From the IMG/VR virus record IMGVR_UViG_3300020601_000007, positions 32,001 to 96,000 of that record: 64,000 bases of DNA; one strand, 5' to 3'. Numbering within the stretch: the first letter of the stretch is position 1; the number at the start of each line of letters is the position of its first letter. Below are positions 37,506 through 47,300 of this stretch, piece after piece. Below the pieces are notes generated by a model, which was not told the origin of the DNA, made no database searches, and saw nothing but the letters and a program-made list of their open reading frames with translations. The translations under genes were made by a program, and so were the position numbers. The DNA comes from a virus.

Positions 37506-38537
37506 TCAGAAGAGGTTGATTTCCTTGCCACCAAGGCCAAACATGTCGCCAGCACCCATGACAGGCATGGAAGCACCAGCGTGCATGCCTTCGTGGTAGC
37601 CACCGAACATTGGTTCGTCCATCACTGAGGGGGCGTTGCCGAGGAGTCCGAAGAGACCAGCGGTGCCGTTTGCCAAGGGGTTGCCCGAGACGTGGATGGT
37701 TGGCAGGAAGGACAAGCCAGCCTGATTCAGGATGCTCAGAGCAGCAGGCACCATGGCAGCCACGGTGAAGAGGCTGGCAGTGGAGTTGCTGACGCCACCG
37801 AAGGTGGAGAGGGCGTAGCCACCGAGACCGGCCAACACGAGACTCGAAACACCAGCACGGTAGCCGGAGGTCAAGTCAAGGGAGATGCCGAGACGGGAGA
37901 TGGTGCGCTGAGCCAGACCGGGGAGAGCAGCGGAGACTGCGAGACCACCAGCAAGGGCGGCCATAGCCTCGAACTTCATCAGGTTGGTGCGCGTCCACTT
38001 CATGGCACCTTTGAGGGAGCCACTGCGGGTGGTGCGTCGGCGGCGAGTCGTGCGTCGGCGAGAGGTGCGTCGGCGGGCAGGGGACTTGCGGCGTCGAGTC
38101 GTCTTGCGGCGCGTGGTGCGGCGCTTGGGGGACTTGCGGCGTCGGGTCGTCTTGCGGCGCGTGGTGCGGCGCTTTGGGGACTTGCGGCGTCGGGTCGTCT
38201 TGCGGCGCGTGGTGCGGCGCTTTGGGGCCTTGCGACGGCGCGTGGTCGTCTTGCGACGAGCCGTCTTGCGACGGGTCGTCTTGCGACGAGCAGGTGCCTT
38301 GCGACGACGGGTGGTCGTCTTCCGCTTCGTCGTCTTGCGACGGGCGGGCGCCTTGCGGCGGCGGGTGGTCGTTTTGCGCGCCGTCTTGCGGCGGGCAGGC
38401 GCCTTGCGGCGCGCAGTCGTCTTGCGTCGGGAAACTTTCCTTCGTGCCATATTTTTCACTTTCCTTTTGTTGGTGCGGCGGCGCTTCGTAGTCTTCCGGG
38501 TTGGGTTCACAATTACCAACTCCTGAAGTGCCACCAT
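37506..38537 (-). CDS. Protamine/histone-H1-like Arg/Lys-rich protein fused to three TM helices (candidate nucleoid/core protein)
   Basis: About 160 aa of RRKTT/RRKSPK repeats, then hydrophobic helices; AGGTGG RBS. Confidence 0.8.
   Translation of the reverse strand: MVALQELVIVNPTRKTTKRRRTNKRKVKNMARRKVSRRKTTARRKAPARRKTARKTTTRRRKAPARRKTTKRKTTTRRRKAPARRKTTRRKTARRKTTTRRRKAPKRRTTRRKTTRRRKSPKRRTTRRKTTRRRKSPKRRTTRRKTTRRRKSPARRRTSRRRTTRRRRTTRSGSLKGAMKWTRTNLMKFEAMAALAGGLAVSAALPGLAQRTISRLGISLDLTSGYRAGVSSLVLAGLGGYALSTFGGVSNSTASLFTVAAMVPAALSILNQAGLSFLPTIHVSGNPLANGTAGLFGLLGNAPSVMDEPMFGGYHEGMHAGASMPVMGAGDMFGLGGKEINLF
38083..38226. repeat. 48-bp coding tandem repeat (3 copies; degenerate copies continue to about 38430)
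   Basis: GACTTGCGG recurs at 38083, 38131 and 38179; encodes RRRKSPKRRTTRRKTT. Confidence 0.9.
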
Positions 38538-38569
38538 GACCACCTGTGAAACGAGAGGAACGACATTGA

Positions 38570-38579
38570 GTATATGAAG
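38570..38579 (-). promoter_or_regulatory. TATA-like box CTTCATATAC upstream of the core-protein gene
   Basis: 33-42 nt upstream of ATG 38537; identical to 35741-35750. Confidence 0.55.
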
Positions 38580-38687
38580 AAAATGTGATGGAATGTGTTT
38601 CTATGTGATACGCATGCCTGAAAAGTAGGTCAAACGTATGCGTTTTGACGGAAGCAACCTTCATACCCACTGCCCCACTCCACCCAG

Positions 38688-38948
38688 ATGATGAGCAATA
38701 GGCACGCTGTCCGGGTGCGAAAAATACCGGTCAGCGTGACACTATCACCTGAAGACTACGAATTCATTGAAATGCTCATCTCAACAAGACGATACACCAC
38801 TCGTGTTCAAGTCATTGAACGGGCACTACAACTTCTCAGACAGGACTTTGAACGCTATCAAGCATTTCTGGCCCAGCAAGGAAATCAACAATCCCTTCCG
38901 CAAGGGCAGCAGCCATCATCTCATAATTCAAGCCGTCACCGTCGTTGA
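38688..38948 (+). CDS. Ribbon-helix-helix (CopG/ParD-like) regulator
   Basis: KIPVSVTLSPEDYEFIEMLIS..RY.TR..VIERALQLL. Confidence 0.75.
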   Translation: MMSNRHAVRVRKIPVSVTLSPEDYEFIEMLISTRRYTTRVQVIERALQLLRQDFERYQAFLAQQGNQQSLPQGQQPSSHNSSRHRR

Positions 38949-39420
38949 CCTCGATAAGGACTGATGGTGTGTCAAACAGCACGGACGCTGCGTTGGTGAG
39001 GTAATTCTCAAACCCTGCTCCCTGAACGAGTGTCTTCACCCCGCTTTCCTCGAACTGATTCAAAAGTGCCTTCAACAAGGACTCATCTGTGACTTCAGGG
39101 ATGCTGAACAAAACGAACTGGTGTTGTGACCAGATTCCGAGGTCGTAGCCGAACTCGGTCTCTTCATCCAACTCGGGGAATGAGTGCAAATCAATATGAA
39201 CGGACGTTTGCTTTAACATCTGGAAAAATTCTTCGGCGAACTCACTTGATGCAGCAGCAGTTCGATTCAAATCAAGGATGCTACGAGCGTTGTCTCCAAT
39301 GATAACATGGAAATCCTCGCCCATGGATTCCAGTTTCTCCTCAAGGAGAGGGAGAAACAGAACGGCTCCGTCATCCCGGCCTTCACCGGAACCTGCGTGG
39401 GGGACGGTGATGAGAATCAT
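38836..39420 (-). CDS. Zn-dependent amidohydrolase/peptidase (N-formylglutamate amidohydrolase-like fold)
   Basis: ILITVPHA, DLNR, IDLHSF, VLIEV motifs. Confidence 0.65.
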   Translation of the reverse strand: MILITVPHAGSGEGRDDGAVLFLPLLEEKLESMGEDFHVIIGDNARSILDLNRTAAASSEFAEEFFQMLKQTSVHIDLHSFPELDEETEFGYDLGIWSQHQFVLFSIPEVTDESLLKALLNQFEESGVKTLVQGAGFENYLTNAASVLFDTPSVLIEVNDGDGLNYEMMAAALAEGIVDFLAGPEMLDSVQSPV

Positions 39421-40133
39421 CGTTTCAGATGCAAACGCTTCGGGGCTTTAGGCCTACCGCTCTTTTTGGCGGGCTTTGACCCGATGGGACGGGCTTTCTG
39501 CCATGTCCCGTTTCCAGCAGTGTAGTAATACCAATATTGGTATTCAGGTGACATGAAGAATGGAACGTGCTCAACGTAGTGCTCAAGGTTCCTTCCCTTG
39601 AGGTAGTCGGGACGGTCGTCAATCCGGAAAACGACCTTATTTTCTGACTGACTCCACACCGTCTCGGACATCAACTGAAGCCGCTGTGTCATGCCGATAC
39701 CAACGATGCCCTTTCCAGCACCCACCAAATACAGGTGTTCGATGGCGTCGTTGCTTCCCTTACGAACGAACGTTTGAATTTCATCAATGGCGATGACGCG
39801 ACGTATTCGCTTGAACCCCGGCTTGTTAGCGAGTGTGAAAATCAAATCCATCAACTTGTTCAATGCTGCGACTCGCTCGTCTTTCGCTGCTGGAGGGTGG
39901 AAAACGATGTTCTTTGTTTTGGAGAGCAGAGCAGCGTATGCTTCCATCGGTGTTTTGCAGATTCGACCGAGGTCCTTGATTTCTGATTTGGGGTCAACGA
40001 AAATCGTATGGATGCCTTCGCGCTGAAGTTGACGGAAAACCTCGGAGACGAAATACGTCTTTCCGCTTCGTGTCATTCCAAGAACGGCAGTGTGCCGCTT
40101 CTTCATGTTGTCAATGAGGCTACGAGAAACCAT
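39417..40133 (-). CDS. FtsK/HerA-superfamily A32-like genome-packaging ATPase
   Basis: Walker A VLGMTRSGKT, FVDPK, Walker B IAIDEIQ, GAGKGI.GIGMTQR.Q, SQSENKVVF; 238-aa single domain beside virion genes. Confidence 0.85.
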   Translation of the reverse strand: MVSRSLIDNMKKRHTAVLGMTRSGKTYFVSEVFRQLQREGIHTIFVDPKSEIKDLGRICKTPMEAYAALLSKTKNIVFHPPAAKDERVAALNKLMDLIFTLANKPGFKRIRRVIAIDEIQTFVRKGSNDAIEHLYLVGAGKGIVGIGMTQRLQLMSETVWSQSENKVVFRIDDRPDYLKGRNLEHYVEHVPFFMSPEYQYWYYYTAGNGTWQKARPIGSKPAKKSGRPKAPKRLHLKR

Positions 40134-40593
40134 ACATCCACCCGATGAGCCCTACACCAGCAAGGGCAATCATACCGGAATGTGGAGCGGCCATAAAGGT
40201 GTAGTCTGGAAAATTCTGCTTGAAACGTTGGCGGAGGTTGTGCTTGTCGCCGACACGCATCCAGTTGACCGGGTTCATCACGTCGGGGCTCAGGTTGTTC
40301 GTGTGCTGCAACCCAAGTGCGTGACCGTATTCGTGCGCAAGCAAGTCAAGGTTCCCTTTGGACTTCTCGTGAACAACGATGGTCTTTCCGATGGTCACTC
40401 CTTGAGGGAAATATCCCTTCCCGGTGTGATTGTAAAGCGTCTTTGCGGCTGGGGTCATATACCACTCCACGGGACCAGATGCAGCAACAACGTTCACCAA
40501 GTCTGCCCAGTCTTTGCTCGAAAGGATGGCAATCTGCGTCCCGTCAACACCGGTAGCGATGATGTTGAATGACGGATACGCTTCTGGGTTCAT
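40120..40593 (-). CDS. Metzincin (matrixin-like) Zn metalloprotease with a C-terminal TM
   Basis: AHEYGHALGLQH plus Met-turn DVMNP. Confidence 0.85.
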   Translation of the reverse strand: MNPEAYPSFNIIATGVDGTQIAILSSKDWADLVNVVAASGPVEWYMTPAAKTLYNHTGKGYFPQGVTIGKTIVVHEKSKGNLDLLAHEYGHALGLQHTNNLSPDVMNPVNWMRVGDKHNLRQRFKQNFPDYTFMAAPHSGMIALAGVGLIGWMYGFS

Positions 40594-40597
40594 GCAT

Positions 40598-41026
40598 TCA
40601 CCCCACATACAACAGGTGTCGCTTTCCTGACTTGAGTGAGCGTATCATTTTCTTTACGAGTTTTTCAAGTTCTCCACCAATCAATTCTCCTTTGGAATTC
40701 ACCGGCTTCTTGAGCATTTTTTCAAGCGACTTCGCAAGCGATTTCGACTCCCTGACATTGAGCGTGACGGTGAGGTGTGGCTCTTCTGTTTTGAAGTGTT
40801 TCAGAACAGTTGGGAGCACATAGCGGCTCCGGAAATCAACCACATTCGGGAGCGAATTGCAGAGGGCGTAAATCCATTCCGAACAGGCATCATACACCCA
40901 TTCATCCACATTTTGGCCCCTCATCATGGAGTCTTTGTTCTCAAGGATTTCCTTGAGGACGTAACCTTTCTTCCCGATGAAGTCGTTCTTCTTGTCGATG
41001 GTGTAAAGTTCGATGTCGTATCCCAT
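40598..41026 (-). CDS. Hypothetical protein
   Basis: Operon member; GGAAGTGA RBS. Confidence 0.6.
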   Translation of the reverse strand: MGYDIELYTIDKKNDFIGKKGYVLKEILENKDSMMRGQNVDEWVYDACSEWIYALCNSLPNVVDFRSRYVLPTVLKHFKTEEPHLTVTLNVRESKSLAKSLEKMLKKPVNSKGELIGGELEKLVKKMIRSLKSGKRHLLYVG

Positions 41027-41030
41027 GCAT

Positions 41031-41306
41031 TCACTTCCTGCTGTTCCCCAACCACCAACCAAGCATGGCGAAAATTGTGTCAGTTGCGATGTTCACTGGA
41101 CTGTCCATCACAGAGCGGTCCCACCCGATTGACTTCAGAACATTGGAGCCACCTTTGGTGTTTTCAACAATTTCACTGGCGGTGTGGATACCCAAGGTCT
41201 GCACTGCTGAGAAACCGGTCTGCGCCAAAACGATACCGGCAGCAAAGTGAACAAACGACCACTCATCAAGCGCAGCACGGTTTCGACGTCCGAAGAGTTC
41301 CATCAT
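41031..41306 (-). CDS. Small membrane-embedded metal-dependent hydrolase candidate
   Basis: DEWSFVHF..G, EIVEN, DS..N...D within hydrophobic helices. Confidence 0.6.
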   Translation of the reverse strand: MMELFGRRNRAALDEWSFVHFAAGIVLAQTGFSAVQTLGIHTASEIVENTKGGSNVLKSIGWDRSVMDSPVNIATDTIFAMLGWWLGNSRK

Positions 41307-44300
41307 CGCACCCCTGCTTCAACGGCCAACTTGTTGTCTGGCTTGCCCGGACCGGTGGACGAATCAGCACCAACGACAAACGCATAGACGCGCCCTGCCG
41401 CCCACTGATGTTGCTGAACACCCGGCCTGTGACCCACGCGCCATGCTGCGAGCCCCTTGTCGTAAATTTTTTCCAGAATCGACTTCTTGATTCCTGTCTC
41501 CTTGCGGATGCGGTTCAGAAACTTCTGCTTGGAGGAACTGCCGCTTGGCTTGTAGTCCTCGTCGATGTTCTTCCGGTAGAGCCGGTAATATTTCTCCTTG
41601 TGCTTGGACGGACCGATTTTCAGACCACGGGCTGTTGCCTTGATGTCGGACTTCCAGAACTTGTATGCTTCCGGGTCGTTGACGTCGTATTTGTAGCCCT
41701 TGTCAATCTCGTCTTCCGCAATCATTTTCTCCAGTTTGGTCAGTCCCTTGAGGTAGCGTTTGGGGAACTTTTTGCCACCGGGTGTGCGGGGGTTGCTGAA
41801 CAGACTCCCCAATGAATCAAAACCGGAACCTTCGTCATCATCATCCTCTTTCAGGCGGGCGATGATTTTGGGGTGGTCAGACTTCCTCCATTCGTCGAAC
41901 CACTTGATTTTCCGCTTGTCTCCGGGTGGCGAGAATGTGCCGTCGATGATTCTGCTCGAGACTGGAATGGCCCCAATGGGTTTCCAAGTTTCCGACCACG
42001 CTTCGATGTCTGCCTCTGTCCATCGTCCAGAGCGAATGTCCTGCAAAATCGTGTCCTCAAAGGTGCCAAGGTATTTAATATTCCATGGCATGATGTTTCC
42101 TTCGATGATGAACTCCTCATGTAGCACCCCGACCTCGTAAGGAACAGGCCTGAACTGTTCCGGGTCAACTTTCACTTTCAGCATCACCATGTTGGCGATT
42201 GCTTCCTCAAATTCTTCTCGTGTGGGCATCCGGTCCCGCTTTCCCGTGTCAAAAAACATCCCGTCGATTTGACCACCCATGACCCACGCTTGGTAGGGAG
42301 CATCGGGGTAAAAGAGGAAATTGAAATCAGCAGTGAGCCCCTTCTGCATGATTGAATTCAAGTTGTTCTTGTGCGTGAAGTGGTAGCCGAACTCGGGGAT
42401 TGGCCTTGGGGGGTTTGCCATCGAACCCATGAAGCCTGAGTCGAATGAAACGAACGGTGTCACCTTGATAGGGAGACCGGGCTCGAACGGGTCATCTCCG
42501 CCAAAGTCATCGCCCATTTCACGGAAGTAGATGTTCCCAATAGGAGACCATCGGAATCCCATCCTTTCAATATTCACCTCGTTCATTTCCTCTTGAACAA
42601 AAACCACCTCGATACCAACACCGTGGACACGCTCAAGGTATTCTTTGGTCTGTGCAACCAGCGGGCGGTATTGCTCGAAGAATGGCAAGTCACCACGCGC
42701 GACCTTGTATGCCTCGTATTGCACGTCGGGGAACATTTTCCCCTCAATCTCTTCCATGCTCTGTCCCATTCGCCTCCTGACCACCGTCTTCATCAAAAGT
42801 GCACGGGGGAGTGCTTCGGCGTAGTAATCACCGACCTTCTCTGCGGGGATTTCCAAAAACGGGGAGGGGGGATTGGGTGCGACTGGGTCAAAAGAAATGC
42901 CATTGATGACATCACTCCATGTTTGGTGTTCTGATTCGTATAGGTCTGAGGATTCACCAATATCGCCCCAATCCAGTTTCTGCTCTTCAGAGTCAATCAA
43001 CCATTGTCCTGCGTATTCAACATGTGTTGATGTCGCTGGGTCGTCTCGATAAGAGTAGCGGCCTTTCCTGTAATGGAAGCCTTTTCCTGCTAACCCCTTG
43101 ACACGCTCAATGCTCATCAAGTTCTCAGCAGAATCAAAAACAAATGTGGCTGTTTCCTTGAAATCATTTTCACTTAGACCGTGAAAGGTTTCGCCCGTAG
43201 GCAGGTTCTTCTTCATCCAAGCGTATGTTCGTGGAGCCTTTTCCTCCAGTTTCGCAAGTCCCTCTCCGATGCCGGGGATGAAATACACGTTATCGAACTT
43301 GAGCGAGCGTGCTGAGATTTCCTCAAGGTCCTCCTTCATTTTCCTGATGTTCTCACTGTATTCATCGTCTGTGTAATATGCGGAAGCAAACCTGCTTGGG
43401 GACTTCTTGGTTCGGAACCCGATGGCGTTTGGCTCGTCGCGAATGATGGCCTGCCCCTTCTTCCCCTTCCTTTGGTCGTTGTCTCCGAAAACAAACAGCG
43501 TGTCGGGCCGAGAACGAACATGTGCTGGCGTGATTTTTTCCGGGTGTGGCTCGAGTCGGGGCTTCAGGTCAGAAAAACCTCCGATGAACTTTCCGTTGAC
43601 GAAAATAGCCGGAATGAACTGATAATTCTCAGTGAGGGGGCCGATTGTTTCTTGATAACCAGACACCTTTTCGATGTCAACATACCGGTGCTTGAGATTC
43701 TTCTTCTCCACCAGTTTCTTCGCTTCCTTGCACCACTTGCAGTATTCCGCCCCGTAAATCGTAATTCCCTTCTTCAATGGCAGCGGCACAGGCTTCGGCG
43801 GATTCGACAACTGCGTGATGGAGATGGTCTGGTCAGTGAGCCCCGGAGCGTAGGAGGCATCTGAAGGGAACCATGGGTTTGGCCTCACCTCAGAATTTTC
43901 GAGTAGGTATTGGAGTCCGAAGTGCAGCGGCTGAGGGAAGTCATCGAGAGCAAACCACTGAGCCCTCTCGGTTTCCCAGTTCAGCGTCGGTTCAAATTCG
44001 TCTTCGACCACGGCCAAGAAGTTGTGATACCTGAACGTGCCACTCTCAAAAACAACCAGTGGAACCATTTCAATTGGTCCTCGGTAGCCAGCCTCCTCGG
44101 TCAGTTCTCGTCGGGCTGCTTCAACAGGGACTTCACCCGAATCAATCGCCCCGCCCCAGACACCCCATGTCCCGGGTTGTTCAACGTGTTGGGACCTGAG
44201 CGGCAGGAGGTAGCGCCCCGTCTTCTTCGCAACGACCAGACTTCCTGCGCCCTGACTCCCCCAGAATCCTGTTTTTTCCAGAGTCTCCTGATGCTCATCG

Positions 44301-47300
44301 TCACTGGTTGGGTTTGCCACTGCGGCTTGACCGACTTCTTTGAGGCCCCAATCATGAGCCCCCAACGAAATGTCCATTATCTCGGGCATTGAGTCGGTTG
44401 GCTCCTGCTGTGCTTCCTTTTTCTTCTGCTTTTTCCACTTCTTCCAGAAAGCAGCCGTCCCCCTTTCTCCTGTCATCATTGGTTTGAGTGTCCACAACGC
44501 ATGCTCCACGTGCGAGTCACGCCATAAGCCGACTTCCTTGGCAGGCTTGAGTTTGGTCATCCCTCCCAACTCGGTCTGGTTTTTCTTCACTGCTTTCATG
44601 AATTTTACCATCACAGCCTCCAACATTGGGTAGGCTCGGTTGTATTCTGCGTTTGCCTGCTCCCACTGTTTCCATGCGGTTTTGTAGCGGCGTTTGTCTG
44701 GGTCTTTCTGGCTGAGCAATTCTTTGCGAACAGCATCCAGCCTGAACCTCATGCTATTCATCGCAACGGCACCAGACAGTTGCTCAAGAGACTCGCTATC
44801 GAAGTATTTGTTCCCCGTCCCCCGTGGGCCGTCCTCCCACCACCAATCAATCAGGTGCATGCTTTTGTCCCCCACCAAGAAATTCGGTGGGTTCCGGTCA
44901 GGCGTTAGGCCCATTCCCACCACGTCGATGTAAGCCTTGACAAAGCGGTCAAAGACTGGCTGCTTGAATTTGCTAACCTTCCTGAGATATTGAATCGTCT
45001 GCTTCATTTGGAGATGTGGTTTTTCCATCCCCCGCCACAGAGAGGAACCAACCGGCAGCAGGTCAGGAAGCGGCTCGGCATCAAGGCGTTTCATGATGGT
45101 GTGGTATCGCTCAACCTTTCCATCACCGAGCCCGTAAAGAGGGAAGCCAAACAGTTCTGAAGCACTCTTGGGCCATGGCGGGTATTTGTGGACGATGGTG
45201 TGTGTGCTGGGAAACACTGGCTTGCTCGAACCCTCCTTGCCTGCCAACCACTTTTTCATTTCTCGGTAATATTCTGGGCTTGTGTTTCGGTCCACTTTGA
45301 ACACAAAGTCTGTCCCGGGGATGTTGAATACGGTTCCGAAAGCACCAGACCCAACCAAGTTCTTTTTGAGGACCGAGTTGATTGCTCGTGCTGCCAAGTC
45401 GGGCGCCTTCAGCATTTTCTTTGGTGGGTTGGCTTTGGTGTATCCAGCAGTGTGAGATTTTTCGGGAGGGTTCATTTTCACTTCTGTTTTGCCCCACTTG
45501 CGCTTCTCTGTCATACCGACCCACGGGACGTCGGGACAGGGCGACATACGCTCGTAGCCGTTCTTTCGTGCCCACCGCCAAGGGTCATGTCCCCAAACCC
45601 ACAGGGAAAGGAGGCGGCGTGATGGCTTGGACTGCGTCTTCTGTGCACGGACAAGGGGGCCTTTGCGCTCCTCAGCATTCGGATTGTATGGGAAGGCACT
45701 CGTCCGCTTGACGAAACGGACCTGACGCTTGCACCAGTCCCAATCGGTCTCGCCCTTGAGTGGGTCATCAGATGGACCTGTCCACTTGCTCAGTGCTTTC
45801 TCGTAGTAGTCCTCAATGATACGAGGACCGGGTTTGATGTAGTCCTTCGGCCCGGTCAAACCGAGTTTGGCTCGCATTTTCAGGATGCGTCGGCCACTGA
45901 CACGACCACTCTTGATGTTGTTCCAGTCTTTCGCTTGCTGCTTGGAAAGGCCAGCCTTCTTGCCCAGTGGTGAATCAAGGAAGGCTTTCAGTTCCTTGTT
46001 CTTCATGTTGATGAGGTGAACCCACTCCTCGAACCAGTCGAAGAGGTCTTTGGGGTTTTCAAATTCATCGTCATCATCAAATGATTCCTTCGGTGAAACG
46101 AATGCGAAATAGGATTCATTCACATTCCAAACATTGACAGGCTTTACCGCTGGGTCGGTCCATGGCTTTTGGTATCGTCCTCCTAATCCCTCGAGCCCGA
46201 GATATTTCTCCCGGGCCTTCTGGTCCAACTTGTAGAATTCGACTTTGTCCACCTTGACCGTTGAGTCGGAGAACATCCTCACTTCACTTTCTGCAATCCC
46301 GAATGTGACGTTGGCCAGAAGGGTTCCGAACCAATTGACGTCACCAAAGGGAACGGTCCCCATGAGGAAGGCGATTCGACTGCTTGGGTGGAATTTGAAC
46401 TGGCGGCTCATGGCCCCCCCGAATTGGTCAGCCCCGTCTCGTGCGTTCGACCAATACAAGCCGACCCCGTATTTATTCCACAGTTCATTCAGAATTTCAG
46501 GAGGCTCTGATGTGAACATGGCCCGATACACCTTGACACGTTCACCACGGAACTTCTTGAGGTGTTCTTGAAAAATGTGCTCGGCAGCGTTTGCTGGAGA
46601 GACTCCAGTGTATCCCCAGCCCGCCAACAGTTCCCTGAACATTTTCTTTCGCCTTGCGATAATGTCCTTTTGCTTTTGAGTTGCTTTGGATGCATTGAAA
46701 TTGGGGGGAGGCCTTCCAGCGAATCGCCAAGCGATGTTGTCAAGGAGGCCCTTGTAATCGGCAGAAAGGATGACGTCCTTCAAGCGGAGGCCTTCCGGGG
46801 GGTTCGCCTTCGCTTCAGGCTCAATAAAGGTGTTCTCGGTTCTCCCGAGGGAGTAGCCCAAGGAAACCGGAGATACGTCGTAAGGGACCGGTTTCGCACC
46901 ACGTTCTCGGACTCGCCCAGCCGAATCAATATACGTGCCGGAGTGATTCCGAACAACCATGGTCTGCCCCAATTTGTTCGCTGATGTTTGTGCGAAATCG
47001 AACGCTTCCGCTTTTTCATAGAAATAGCCAACGTATTGCTTGAGACTCGGTGGTGGGGGAGGTGGTGGGCTTCTGCTACGCTTTGCGGGTGGTGGGGGAG
47101 GTGGGGGTTGAGGATTCGAGATGAAAGCATCGAGAGAAAATCGACTCTCCTTCGCTTCGAGTTCTGCTACACCCTCCACCGGAACAAGTGCCTGAAGTGG
47201 CGGGGGGATGACCTTCGTTTTCGGTGAACGAAGGTCTGCGCGAGTTTTGGGGGATAAAGTGGAGCCTTCTGGTAGTGGGCGGTTGTCAGGGGAAGTGACA

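Noticed and set aside
38083-38430. CRISPR array or non-coding repeat
   Set aside because: No unique spacers; the 48-bp period is in frame and explained by the Arg-rich protein
34229-38670. Long alternative ORFs (34229..34861, 34681..35676, 37692..38549, 37876..38670, 37984..38526)
   Set aside because: Shadow frames of codon-biased minus-strand genes; no RBS or motif support
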